NCBI GenBank assembly: GCA_963842945.1
Contig: CAWJIM010000019.1
Location: forward strand, 192,001 to 256,000
DNA: 64,000 bases
Origin: an uncultured Gemmatimonadales bacterium
GTDB lineage: Bacteria > Gemmatimonadota > Gemmatimonadetes > Gemmatimonadales > GWC2-71-9
Reading direction: 5' to 3'
Under the pieces are notes generated by a model. That model had not been told where the DNA came from. It saw only the letters and a list, made by a program, of their open reading frames with translations, and ran no database searches. The stretch's first letter is position 1. Each line of letters starts with the position of its first letter. Shown in pieces: positions 42,337-51,745 of the stretch. Both the position numbers and the translations under genes were made by a program.

Positions 42337-42679
42337 TCTGCGAGACGCTCAAGCCCGCGTTCACGCCTGGATCCGCCAATACGAAGAAGGCTACTTCGAT
42401 CCGCTCACCAACCTGGCCCGGCTGGCGGAGGAGGTGGGCGAGCTGGCCCGGGAGATCAACCACCGCTTCGGCCAGAAGACCAAGAAGCCGGAGGAGCCCG
42501 AGGGCGACCTCGGCATGGAGATGGCCGACATTCTGTTCGTGCTCATCTGCATGGCCAACCGCGAGGGGATCGATCTGCAGGACGCGTTTGATCGGATGAT
42601 GGGGAAAGTCGAAGCCCGTGACCAGGATCGGTGGACGAAGAAGAGCGTGAGCGGGGACAGCAGAAAGCGTGAGCGGTGA
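42296..42679 (+). CDS. MazG-like nucleotide pyrophosphohydrolase (YpjD type)
   Basis: GYFDPLTNLARLAEEVGELAREINH, EMADILFVLICMAN. Confidence 0.9.
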   Translation: MRTSPSSELPAPSSLRDAQARVHAWIRQYEEGYFDPLTNLARLAEEVGELAREINHRFGQKTKKPEEPEGDLGMEMADILFVLICMANREGIDLQDAFDRMMGKVEARDQDRWTKKSVSGDSRKRER

Positions 42680-42755
42680 GCGGGCCACGTTCATGGTAGT
42701 TCAGCCGCTTCGCTCGCTCCAGTCCGCTGCTCCCGCTTTTGCCGCTTCCCCCGCT

Positions 42756-43688
42756 TCACTCCCATTCCGCCGGCGCGCTCTCCAGCTCCTCCAGCAATAT
42801 CCGGTAGCTCTCCAGCCGGTCGGCCTGGACCCTGCCCTCCTCCACTGCGGCCCGGATCCGGCAGCCCGGCTCGCTGATGTGGCGGCAATCGCCGTAGCGG
42901 CACTCGCCGATGAAGGGCCGCATCTCGGGAAAGCAGCTGGCCAGCTCCCGAGGCTCGATGCCCCAGAGTCCCACCTCGCTGAATCCCGGCGTGTCCACCA
43001 GGAAGCCTCCCGCGTCGAGCGGCAACATCACCGCGGAGACGGTGGTGTTCTTGCCCCGGCGCACCCGGGCGCTGATCTCGCCGATTCGGAGCTTGAGCCC
43101 CGGCTGCACGGCATTGAGCAGGCTGGATTTTCCCGCACCCGATGGCCCGGTCACCACCGAGACGCGTCCCTTCAACGCTTCGGCGAACTGGTCGATGCCC
43201 TGCCTGGTCTTGACGCTGGTAGGATAGACGACGTAGCCGGCGGCGCGGCAGCGCTCGATGAGCTCGGTGCCCGGCTCGAGCTCCACCTTGTTCACCACCA
43301 CGGCGGCAGGAATCGAATTGGCTTCGGCTACCACGAGGAGCCGGTCGATCAGCTGGGGAATGGGGGCGGGATCCACCGTCGCGGTGACCACGAAGACTTC
43401 GTCGATGTTGGCCGCCACCGGGCGGGTGCCGCGGCCCTCGGGCACCCGGCGCTCCAGGAGAGTAGTGCGGGGCTCGACGCCGACTATCCCGAAGACCTCT
43501 CCCTCGGCCTCGGGCTCCAGCCGGACCCGATCGCCCACCACGACCCGGGGAGTCTCTCGCTTTGCCTTGCCCCGGAGGATGGCCCGAATCTCCCGGCCGG
43601 GAGCCGCCACCCGGTATACCGATCCATCCCGTTCCAGGATGGTTCCTACCAGGTGCTCACCGCTCACGCTGCTGCTGTTCCCGCTCAC
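42756..43688 (-). CDS. rsgA: Ribosome small subunit-dependent GTPase A
   Basis: Circularly permuted G motifs NKVE, GPSGAGKSS, GKNTT, DTPG; Zn site CRYGDCRHISEPGC. Confidence 0.95.
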   Translation of the reverse strand: MSGNSSSVSGEHLVGTILERDGSVYRVAAPGREIRAILRGKAKRETPRVVVGDRVRLEPEAEGEVFGIVGVEPRTTLLERRVPEGRGTRPVAANIDEVFVVTATVDPAPIPQLIDRLLVVAEANSIPAAVVVNKVELEPGTELIERCRAAGYVVYPTSVKTRQGIDQFAEALKGRVSVVTGPSGAGKSSLLNAVQPGLKLRIGEISARVRRGKNTTVSAVMLPLDAGGFLVDTPGFSEVGLWGIEPRELASCFPEMRPFIGECRYGDCRHISEPGCRIRAAVEEGRVQADRLESYRILLEELESAPAEWE

Positions 43689-43721
43689 CGCTCACGCTTT
43701 GCGGTGCCCGCTCACGGCTTT

Positions 43722-44036
43722 TCACCAGCTTTCCGGCGCTTGGGATATGGCTTCGTCCAGCGCGGCTTTGACATCGTACAACGAGAGATTCTCCAGCCGA
43801 GCCTCCGCTTCCTCAGGTGTCCGGCCCCAGGCCAGGGTGTCGGTTTCAAGGTGCCCAACCGGCCGGTCTCCACCGGGCGACCAGCGCACGAACAGGAGGG
43901 CCGCGCCATACATCCCTCTGACATCGGGCTCTTCGTCCACGTAGATGGCCACGGAATAGGACTGGCCGTCGCTGCCGCCGAAGGCGGCCGCCCGGTCGTG
44001 CTTTCGCATGTAACCACCCAGCGTGAACTCGCTCAC
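43722..44036 (-). CDS. Hypothetical protein
   Basis: GTG start overlapping the ProDH stop (GTGA); TLGGYMRKHDRAAAFGGSDG. Confidence 0.7.
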   Translation of the reverse strand: MSEFTLGGYMRKHDRAAAFGGSDGQSYSVAIYVDEEPDVRGMYGAALLFVRWSPGGDRPVGHLETDTLAWGRTPEEAEARLENLSLYDVKAALDEAISQAPESW

Positions 44037-44962
44037 CGGCCCGGCGCTGACTCCCGTACGAGGTTCCCCAGAATAAAGGCGATATTGGCGGGCCGTTCCG
44101 CCAGCCGCCGCATGAGATAAGGATACCATTGGGTCCCGAAGGGGATATAGACCCGCATGTTGTACCCGGCCTGCTTGAGGCGCGCCTGGAGGTCACGCCG
44201 AACGCCGTACAGCATCTGAAACTCGTACCGCTCGGGTTTGATCTGCTCTCGCCGGGTAAACTGCCGCGCATGCTCGATGATTTTCTCGTCGTGGGTGGCG
44301 ATGCCGGGGTAGTTCCCCTCCCGCAGCAGCTGCTCCATCAGCCGAACGTAGTTCCGGTCCACGTCTTTCTTGTCGGGGAACGCGACCGTCGGGGGCTCGA
44401 GGTAGGCACCCTTGCAGAGCCTCACCCGGGCCTTGAGCCGAATCAGATCGCCGATGTCGGCCTCGGAGCGGCGGAGAGCCGATTGGATCACCACCCCGCA
44501 GTTCTCTCGATGGCTGTCGAACAGCCGCGTGGTAAAGAAGTCCAGCGTCTTCTGAGTGTATTCCGAGCTTTCCATATCCAGGCGAACGAAGCCCCTCAGG
44601 GCTCTGGCCTTGTCCAGGATCCGGATCATGTTCGCCTGGCAGAGATTCTCATCGATGTCGATCCCCATCTGGGTCAGCTTGACCGACACGTTGACCTCTT
44701 GGCCGGCCTGGGCCAGCCGGTCGAGCATCTGCAGGTACTGATCGCGGGCCGCGATCGCCTCCGCCTCTACGGTGACGCTTTCGCCCAGGAGATCGAGGGA
44801 GGCGGTGATGCCGCGCTGGGCCAGCTCTCCCGCAGCCACAACGGCTTGATCGATGGTTTCTCCTGCAACGAAACGGGAGGCGAACTTCCGGGCGAGCCGA
44901 TTGCGTCGGACGAAATCGAAGACTCTGCGCTGCTCCGATAACCAGAGCAGACTCTGTCGCAT
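44033..44962 (-). CDS. Monofunctional proline dehydrogenase
   Basis: RFVAGE, SVKLTQMG, LDMES, VRLCKGAY, IATHD, EFQMLYG, YLMRRLAERP. Confidence 0.95.
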   Translation of the reverse strand: MRQSLLWLSEQRRVFDFVRRNRLARKFASRFVAGETIDQAVVAAGELAQRGITASLDLLGESVTVEAEAIAARDQYLQMLDRLAQAGQEVNVSVKLTQMGIDIDENLCQANMIRILDKARALRGFVRLDMESSEYTQKTLDFFTTRLFDSHRENCGVVIQSALRRSEADIGDLIRLKARVRLCKGAYLEPPTVAFPDKKDVDRNYVRLMEQLLREGNYPGIATHDEKIIEHARQFTRREQIKPERYEFQMLYGVRRDLQARLKQAGYNMRVYIPFGTQWYPYLMRRLAERPANIAFILGNLVRESAPGR

Positions 44963-45058
44963 GATCAGATAGGTACCCCGCCGCTACGTTGAATGCATGA
45001 CAGAAATCGCACCCGAAGCTAGCCAACCCGGGAAAAATTCACCACAACTCCAAAGGAA

Positions 45059-45257
45059 CTCACCACGGAGACACGGAGGGCACGGAGGCTGCACGGACTG
45101 CTGATCAGACATCACGCACAAGACTTTTGGTCAGAAGCACACCAGTCTGGTTCAATTCAGGGGGATACAATGGTGTGCTGTTAACTAAAGAGTTCTGTGC
45201 GCAATGTGTGATAACCGGTCCGTGCTGCCTCCGTGTTTTCCGTGCTTCCGTGGTGAG
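45059..45257. repeat. MITE-like element: 40-bp imperfect inverted repeats of CACGGA units around a 119-nt core
   Basis: 45059-45098 vs reverse complement of 45218-45257: 34/40 identical by manual alignment. Confidence 0.8.
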
Positions 45258-45349
45258 GCTGTCTCCATGTGATACCCGTCACGGGTTTGCCGTCGGATTC
45301 TGATATTGTGAATTGGATTCTCACCTCGGGTTTCTCTTCAGGCGGAACA

Positions 45350-46519
45350 ATGGCAACTCGGCACCGGTCAGGGCAGACACGGCAGCGGCGGTGGAGGCGG
45401 GTGGAGAAGAAGGTGATCAAGCGGATGCGTAAGGTCGCCACTCCCCCGCCTGAGGTCGTGAGCGATCCGGTCGAGTCCGCTCAGGCTGCCGGCCTCCGCT
45501 ATGTGAGCGACACCCAGCCGGGGATCCGCCGGAAGCGGGCCGGCAAAGGATTCGTGTACGTGGGGGCGGACGGCAGGACGATTCGTGACGCCAAGGAGCT
45601 GACCCGGATTCGCTCGCTCGCCATTCCGCCGGCGTACACCGACGTGTGGATCTGCCCCAGCCCCAACGGACACATCCAGGCCACCGGCCGGGACGCGCGC
45701 GGGCGGAAACAGTACCGCTATCACCCCAAGTGGCGCGAGGTCCGGGACGAGACCAAGTTCGGCCGCATGCTGGCCTTCAGCCAGACGCTGCCGAAGATCC
45801 GGGCCCGGCTCGAGCGCGACCTCAGCCTGCCGGGGCTCCCCCGCGAAAAGGTCCTGGCTACTGTGGTCCGGCTGCTCGAGTGCACGTGCATCCGGGTGGG
45901 CAACGATGAGTACGCCAAGTCCAACCGCTCCTTCGGACTCACCACTCTCCAGGACCGCCACGTCGAGATCTCCGGGTCCAATCTCCGGTTCGAGTTCCGC
46001 GGCAAGAGCGGCAAGATGCACAAGGTCGACCTCAATGATCGCCGCCTCGCCCGGATTGTGGAGCGCTGCCAGGATCTGCCGGGCGAAGATCTGTTTCAGT
46101 TCCTGGATGATGACGAGGTGCGGCAGACCATTGGATCGGGCGACGTCAATGAGTACATCCGGGAGATCTCCGGCCAGGAGTTCACCGCCAAGGACTTCAG
46201 GACCTGGGCCGGCACTCTGCTCGCGATCGAAGCGCTGACCAAGATCGGCTCCTTCTCGACGCAGCGAAACGCAAAGTCCAACGTCCTCAAGGCCATCGAC
46301 CAGGTGGCCGAGCAGCTGAACAACACCCGCTCAGTCTGCCGGAAGTACTATGTGCACCCCGCCGTGTTGGAGTCCTACATGGATGGCAACCTGCTGGAGC
46401 ATCTGGGCAACGGCAGCAAGCAGAGCGCCAAGAACGAACTGGCGGCCAACGAGGCGGCAGCGGTCCGCCTGCTCCAACGGCATATCGGGAACGCCGCTAA
46501 CGGAAATGGGAAGAAGTGA
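45350..46519 (+). CDS. Bacterial DNA topoisomerase IB (poxvirus-like)
   Basis: IPPAYTDVWI, GRDARGRKQYRYH, IRVGN, FRGKSG, KDFRTW, NTRSVCRKYY. Confidence 0.95.
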   Translation: MATRHRSGQTRQRRWRRVEKKVIKRMRKVATPPPEVVSDPVESAQAAGLRYVSDTQPGIRRKRAGKGFVYVGADGRTIRDAKELTRIRSLAIPPAYTDVWICPSPNGHIQATGRDARGRKQYRYHPKWREVRDETKFGRMLAFSQTLPKIRARLERDLSLPGLPREKVLATVVRLLECTCIRVGNDEYAKSNRSFGLTTLQDRHVEISGSNLRFEFRGKSGKMHKVDLNDRRLARIVERCQDLPGEDLFQFLDDDEVRQTIGSGDVNEYIREISGQEFTAKDFRTWAGTLLAIEALTKIGSFSTQRNAKSNVLKAIDQVAEQLNNTRSVCRKYYVHPAVLESYMDGNLLEHLGNGSKQSAKNELAANEAAAVRLLQRHIGNAANGNGKK

Positions 46520-47069
46520 GGAACGTGAGGAACGACGGAACGACGGAACGACGGAAGACTTTCCTTACGGTTCCGTCACGTTCCTCACGTTCATCGCTTG
46601 TTCCCCTTCAGGCGACAAGACCGCTGTGAAGGCCGACTGGAGCCGGGTTCCGGTCGCGGTCGAGTTGCGATTGGCCCAGGGTGCTTCCGGCCCTGACATG
46701 GTCCGCCAAGAGGTGTTCGGTCAGGGTCAGACGGTATATCTCAGTCCTCGAGCTCAGATCTCCAACGCGGACATTGCCCGAGTAGAGGCGGTGAAGACCA
46801 GGATCGGAAAGGGGCTGATCCTGCAGGTTTGGTATACCAAGTCCGGAGCCAAGCGGATTGCGGAGTTGACCAGGCAGCATATCGGCGACAGTCTCGCCGT
46901 ACTGATTAATTCAGTCGTCGTGGCAATCCCCGTCATTCAAGAGCCTATCAACCCCGGCACGCAGACCTCGAGCGACATCGGAGTTCCCCTGGAACCCAAA
47001 GAGGCCAACCAGCTGGCCGCTGCGGTGTCGAAGACCTGGCCGGCGGGCGGTAAGGCGGTAAAGCGGTAA
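46506..47069 (+). CDS. Putative lipoprotein with SecDF P1-head-like domain (start uncertain)
   Basis: FIAC lipobox; GAKRIAELTRQHIGDSLAVLINSVVVAIPVIQEPI. Confidence 0.6.
   Translation: MGRSEEREERRNDGTTEDFPYGSVTFLTFIACSPSGDKTAVKADWSRVPVAVELRLAQGASGPDMVRQEVFGQGQTVYLSPRAQISNADIARVEAVKTRIGKGLILQVWYTKSGAKRIAELTRQHIGDSLAVLINSVVVAIPVIQEPINPGTQTSSDIGVPLEPKEANQLAAAVSKTWPAGGKAVKR
46516..46592. repeat. 8-9-nt GGAACG-core tandem repeat palindrome
   Basis: GTGAGGAACGTGAGGAACGACGGAACGACGGAACGACGGAA ... TTCCGTCACGTTCCTCACGTTC; related units at 47076-47118, 56291-56331, 59417-59488. Confidence 0.75.
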
Positions 47070-47295
47070 GGCGGTCGTTCCCCACGTTCCAGTCGTTCCC
47101 CACGTTCCTCACGTTCCGCCCTGTGTGACCCTCGCGCTCCTCCGGCGTCTCCCTCCTGAGATCCTGACTGGCGCGGCCCCTCCTCGATCCTTCCCCAAGT
47201 CGTTCGTTCCCCGCCAGCGGGATCTCACACCGCGGGACATGTCGTTCATGCCCGAAACGTTCGTGGAACCAGTGCCGTTGTTTAAGGTAGGTCCT

Positions 47296-48420
47296 ATGGC
47301 GATTCCGCTGATCCCCGGTCGCCAACGGCTGGCGTGGACCCTGGTGCTGGCCGGGTGGACTCTGGTCGGCCTGGGATATTTCGCATCGCTCAGATACGGC
47401 ATGGCACCGGCGCAGACTGGGACGGAGATCCAGCTCCTCGTGTATGCGGTCGGGACGTCCTGGATCTGGGCCGCTCTGACTGCTCCCGTGCTGCAGGTAA
47501 CCGGCAATACCGGTTTCACCGCAGATCGTGCCGCCCACAGCAGCGGCATCTACGGCCTGGCGGCAGCCGGATTTTTTCTGATCTCCGGCTCCCTCGAGTG
47601 GGCGCTCGGCCGGTCAACCGGGATGATCGCGCCGGGCCAGTTCTGGACTACCCTCTTTACCGAATGTCTAGGAACTCGCCTGCTCGCCTTTCTCTCGATC
47701 GTCACCCTCGGCTGGGCCGCCCGATACTTTGCGCTCTACCGTACCCGTCATCTCGACGCATCGGAGCTGGAGGCGCGGCTGGTCCGAACTCACCTGCAGG
47801 TGCTCAAGATGCAGCTGCAGCCCCATTTCCTCTTCAACACCCTGAACACCATCGCCGAGCTGGTGCACACCGATCCGGAAGCGGCGGACCAGATGATCAC
47901 CCGGCTGGGACGGCTGCTCCGCCTTTCGCTGGATCATGCGAGCCATCAGGTGGTGCCACTGCGCCAGGAAGTGGACTTCCTCCGGGTGTACGCCGAGATC
48001 GAACAGGTCCGATTTCAGGACCGTCTGCAGATGGTATGGGATGTGGCACCGGAAACTCTCGAGGGCGCGGTCCCCACGCTGCTGCTGCAGCCGGTCCTGG
48101 AGAACGCCATTCGGCACGGGGTGACGCCCATGGCCGGACGCGGGCGCATCGTGATCGCGTCGCGGTGCGAGGGTGAGGACCTGGTGCTGGAGATAGGCGA
48201 CAACGGACAGGGCCTTCCGCCCGGCGGAGTACCCCGCGAAGGCGTGGGACTGCGGAACGTGCGGGAGCGAGTAGCGCAGCTGTACGGACGGCGGGCTCAC
48301 TTCAGCCTGACGCCGGCGCTGGGCGGCGGAACCATAGCCCGGATGCGGCTGCCGTTCATTCACTGCGACGTGCCGCATACCCCGGTACCGCTCAGCACTC
48401 TGGAGGAACTGGTACGATGA
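47296..48420 (+). CDS. LytS/YehU-type sensor histidine kinase
   Basis: TM N-terminus; LKMQLQPHFLFNTLN, LQPVLENAIRHG, DNGQG, GVGLRNV. Confidence 0.93.
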   Translation: MAIPLIPGRQRLAWTLVLAGWTLVGLGYFASLRYGMAPAQTGTEIQLLVYAVGTSWIWAALTAPVLQVTGNTGFTADRAAHSSGIYGLAAAGFFLISGSLEWALGRSTGMIAPGQFWTTLFTECLGTRLLAFLSIVTLGWAARYFALYRTRHLDASELEARLVRTHLQVLKMQLQPHFLFNTLNTIAELVHTDPEAADQMITRLGRLLRLSLDHASHQVVPLRQEVDFLRVYAEIEQVRFQDRLQMVWDVAPETLEGAVPTLLLQPVLENAIRHGVTPMAGRGRIVIASRCEGEDLVLEIGDNGQGLPPGGVPREGVGLRNVRERVAQLYGRRAHFSLTPALGGGTIARMRLPFIHCDVPHTPVPLSTLEELVR

Positions 48421-49190
48421 CTCTTCGAGTGGTAGTAGCCGACGACGAACCGATCGGCCGGCAGCGCCTGGTCCGCTTGCTGCAGGCTGAGCCGGAGACG
48501 GAGATCCTGGCGGCCTGCGCGGATGGTGAGGAGGCGGTGGAGGCCATCCGGGAGTACGCCCCCGATGTGGTCCTGCTCGACATCCAGATGCCCAATCTGG
48601 ATGGCTTCGAGGTGGTGGCGGCGCTGGGAGAGGCCCAGCAGCCGGCGGTCATCTTCGTTACCGCGCACGATCAGTACGCCCTCCGGGCCTTCGAGGTCCA
48701 CGCCTTCGATTACCTGCTGAAGCCGGTAGATCAGGAACGGTTGCGCGACGCGTTGGAACGGGCCCTGTCGCCGGGAAACCGGGCGCCCCAGGTCAGCACG
48801 ACCCGGCGAATTCTCACGCTGTTGGAGGAGCTGAACGCCAGGGAACGGGGACGTGGCCGCGAGCGGCTGGTGGTGCGCACGCCGGAACGCGCGTTCTTCC
48901 TTCGAACCGACACGGTGGACTGGGTTGAGGCCGCGGGAAAGTTCGTCCACCTGCACGTCGGCCGCACGGTTCACGCGCTCCGGGAGAGCATGGCGGAGCT
49001 GGAGCAGGAGCTGGATGCCGTGCGTTTCCTGCGAATCAGCCGATCCGCCATCGTCAATGTCGATCGGATCCAGGAGATCCAGCCCTGGTTTCAGGGGGAC
49101 TACGTGTTGATCCTGACCGATGGCACCCGCCTCACCTCCACCCGCGGGTACCGCGACAACATGCGGAAGCTCCTGGGAAGGTCGGCGTGA
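48417..49190 (+). CDS. LytTR family response regulator
   Basis: VADDE, LLDIQMP, FVTAH, DYLLKP; FLRISRSAIVN LytTR. Confidence 0.95.
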   Translation: MTLRVVVADDEPIGRQRLVRLLQAEPETEILAACADGEEAVEAIREYAPDVVLLDIQMPNLDGFEVVAALGEAQQPAVIFVTAHDQYALRAFEVHAFDYLLKPVDQERLRDALERALSPGNRAPQVSTTRRILTLLEELNARERGRGRERLVVRTPERAFFLRTDTVDWVEAAGKFVHLHVGRTVHALRESMAELEQELDAVRFLRISRSAIVNVDRIQEIQPWFQGDYVLILTDGTRLTSTRGYRDNMRKLLGRSA

Positions 49191-49596
49191 GGACAGCGGG
49201 ACAGGTTGGCAGCGGGGCAGGGGGCGGCGGGTTTCGGGCTTGTTGCTCGTCCTGGCCCTCGCGTGTGCGGGGCCGAGGCAGAACGTTGATCCCGCTCCGG
49301 AGGATGAGCCCAAGGGGTTCCTCCTGCTATTGACCAACCGTTATCTGCTCGACGTGAACGTCTTTCTCCAGCATGACGGGCAGGCCGACCGTATTGCCAT
49401 GGTCAATTCCGCATCTTCCCGCACGCTCGAGCTCCCACTGCACATGCTGGGACAAGGGGGAGCCATCCGCCTGATCGCGGAGCCCATAGGAGATGACAAC
49501 CGCTATACCACGGACATCCTGACGGTGCAGCCGGGACAGATGGTGGAGTTGAACGTGGAGAATCCGATCGCGCGATCCAACTACAGCATCCAGTGA
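49187..49596 (+). CDS. Hypothetical lipoprotein (start uncertain)
   Basis: LLLVLALAC lipobox followed by a beta-rich domain. Confidence 0.6.
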
Positions 49597-49597
49597 G

Positions 49598-50032
49598 TTA
49601 GCGTGATTGCCCGCCGGGCTGGCCGTTGGTTCCTTCCGAGCTTCCCGGCCCGCTCAACAACTGGTAGGCCAGCACCAGACCTGCGGTCACTGCTCCCGCC
49701 AGCAGCCCCGTTCCACCGATCGAGAGTCGGCGCTCCTGCATGCCGGCCAGCGCCTCCCGGGGAAGCCGCACGTGTTCCCCGTGCCAGCCCGACCGGAACC
49801 CTCGGTAGGTCTCGACCTCGTGCACTTCCAGCTCCATGCCGGCGGAGTCCGCGCTGAGCACGCTCCCCTCCAGGTGGAGCACTTCGGGGCCGATCTGACC
49901 CGTGAGATCACGGGAGCCTTCGGTGGTGAGTTGAGCCGAAACGCGATCGCCCGGTGACGGCACTGGATCGGAAACCGGCCGGTAGGTGTAGCAGGACGTC
50001 AGCAGGACGAAGCCGCCAATCAGTGTACGCAT
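49598..50032 (-). CDS. Hypothetical lipoprotein
   Basis: LLTSC lipobox + YTYRP; C-terminal TM. Confidence 0.7.
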   Translation of the reverse strand: MRTLIGGFVLLTSCYTYRPVSDPVPSPGDRVSAQLTTEGSRDLTGQIGPEVLHLEGSVLSADSAGMELEVHEVETYRGFRSGWHGEHVRLPREALAGMQERRLSIGGTGLLAGAVTAGLVLAYQLLSGPGSSEGTNGQPGGQSR

Positions 50033-50038
50033 AGTCAA

Positions 50039-50102
50039 GAGTCTGGAGTCCAGGGTCTGGGGTTAAGTCTGTCCTTTGACCCCAGACCCTGGACGCCCGG
50101 AC
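50039..50102. repeat. Palindromic element of 7-nt GGGTCT/CCAGAC-type units
   Basis: GTCCAGGGTCTGGGGT ... ACCCCAGACCCTGGAC, a 16-bp perfect stem. Confidence 0.7.
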
Positions 50103-50108
50103 ATCCTC

Positions 50109-51728
50109 TCAATTCCCCAACGGTACCGAGCTCACGTAATTCAGCACCGGACAGGGATTCGGATCGTTGGCATTCCGGCCGGTCGACGACACGCCCGGTG
50201 TATTGGGATTGGCGTTGATCTCCGTGATGCCGTAGGGTAGCCGACCCGGTACCGGAACGTTCCCCGGCACCGTACTGGTCGTAGCGGCCGGCGCCGGCGC
50301 CAGCGCCGGGAGGCAGGTCCGCTTGTAGTCGTTCCACGCTTCGATGTTGAGGAAGAGGGTGACGTACTTCTCTTCCATGATGTTCTCCAGCGTAGCCGGG
50401 GCGGATCCGAGCGGGGTCAGGAGGTTGGGTACCGTTCCTCTTGCCCCGTACGACGGCTGAGCCCGGGCCGCATCGAGATAGGGCTGGGCCGCGCCTTGCC
50501 CTCCGGTCTGAAACGCAGCTTCCGCTCCGATCAGCTGGGTTTCGGCGTAGGTGATGACCGGCATCCGCATGTCGCCCGGATCGGTATTGACGTCAATGAA
50601 GTTGAAGTTGGAGAAGTTGGAACCGGCGTCAGTGGGCCCTCCTGCTCCGGCGGGCGATCCGCTGCCGTTATAGATCCCCGGTGCCGTCTGCATGCCGCGG
50701 ATTCCGCCCGGGCGGCGCCCGAAGAATCCCACGGCCACTTCGTCACCGGTGACTTCCGGGTCGGGATCGAACGCTGCCTGCTGGAAATACAGGTTTAACC
50801 GCTCGTCGGTGTCGACCCCGGCCGCAATCCGCCGCTTCAGGATCTCGACCAGGGCACCCCCCGGTGCGATGTCGCCGCGGGCCCCCATGAACTGCCACCA
50901 CACGTTCTGACCGGTGGGCGACTGATCGTGGAACCAGTTCATGTCATTGGCGGGGGTGTTGATGCCCAGCGGCACCTCGGCCAGGGCCAGGGCATAGTGG
51001 GCTGGATCCACTTCGGCCAGGTGCATGTGGTACCGGGCCTTGAGGGAGTGTGCCACCTGGGTGTACACCGCTGCCAGCGCGGCCGCATCGCCTCCCCGGT
51101 CGACGTAGACCAGCTCCGCGTTGTCGGCCGGTGGTCCGGCATTGGGAGGACCCTGCGCCGCCGCCAGGAAGAAAATGGCGGAGTCGAGCTGGGCCAGCAC
51201 GTCGGAATAGACCTGGAGCTGGGGATCGAAGGCCGGTGTTTGATTGGTGGAGTCCGCCGCCTCCCGGTAAGGAATGTCCCCCCAGATCGACGCGGCCATG
51301 CCGATGACCAGCGCCTCGTATACCTTGCCGATTCCGATGTAGATGGAATCGTTCACCGCCCGGGCCAGCTGCTGCATCTTGTGGATGTCGAGCAGCCCTC
51401 CCCCGCCCTGAATGGTGATCGAGGAGCCGTACACCGAGTAGAAGTACCCGTCGACATCAGACGGGCCCAGGCCGTAGAGGTCATAGCCGATCTGCTGCCG
51501 GGAGTGGCCGGCAATCTGCTGCACGTACTCGGCGGCATTTCGGGCCAGCTGGCCTTCGAACTGGACCGACTGCAACGCCTGGATTCCGATGTAGAGCGGC
51601 CCTGGCCGGGTCAGGTTGGTGATGTTGTTGGGGTCCTCGTCCACACCGGGCCCCGAGAGAAAGTCGCCGCAACCGATGGTGCTTCCCGCGAGGGCAGCAC
51701 TCAGCAGCAACAGGAATGTGTGTCGCAT
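50109..51728 (-). CDS. susD: SusD/RagB family lipoprotein
   Basis: TIGC lipobox; DPN; WGDIPY; EEKYVTLF..EAWNDYKRT; RLPY...E..AN; directly downstream of SusC. Confidence 0.9.
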   Translation of the reverse strand: MRHTFLLLLSAALAGSTIGCGDFLSGPGVDEDPNNITNLTRPGPLYIGIQALQSVQFEGQLARNAAEYVQQIAGHSRQQIGYDLYGLGPSDVDGYFYSVYGSSITIQGGGGLLDIHKMQQLARAVNDSIYIGIGKVYEALVIGMAASIWGDIPYREAADSTNQTPAFDPQLQVYSDVLAQLDSAIFFLAAAQGPPNAGPPADNAELVYVDRGGDAAALAAVYTQVAHSLKARYHMHLAEVDPAHYALALAEVPLGINTPANDMNWFHDQSPTGQNVWWQFMGARGDIAPGGALVEILKRRIAAGVDTDERLNLYFQQAAFDPDPEVTGDEVAVGFFGRRPGGIRGMQTAPGIYNGSGSPAGAGGPTDAGSNFSNFNFIDVNTDPGDMRMPVITYAETQLIGAEAAFQTGGQGAAQPYLDAARAQPSYGARGTVPNLLTPLGSAPATLENIMEEKYVTLFLNIEAWNDYKRTCLPALAPAPAATTSTVPGNVPVPGRLPYGITEINANPNTPGVSSTGRNANDPNPCPVLNYVSSVPLGN

Positions 51729-51745
51729 GGCTGGTCTCCCGCTCG

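Noticed and set aside
42296..42679. MazG as an anti-phage or abortive-infection component
   Set aside because: Short housekeeping YpjD-type protein in a core-gene context with no defence partners.
45350..46519. Tyrosine recombinase/integrase marking a prophage or island
   Set aside because: Motifs match topoisomerase IB, and there are no phage genes, att-site tRNA or cargo.
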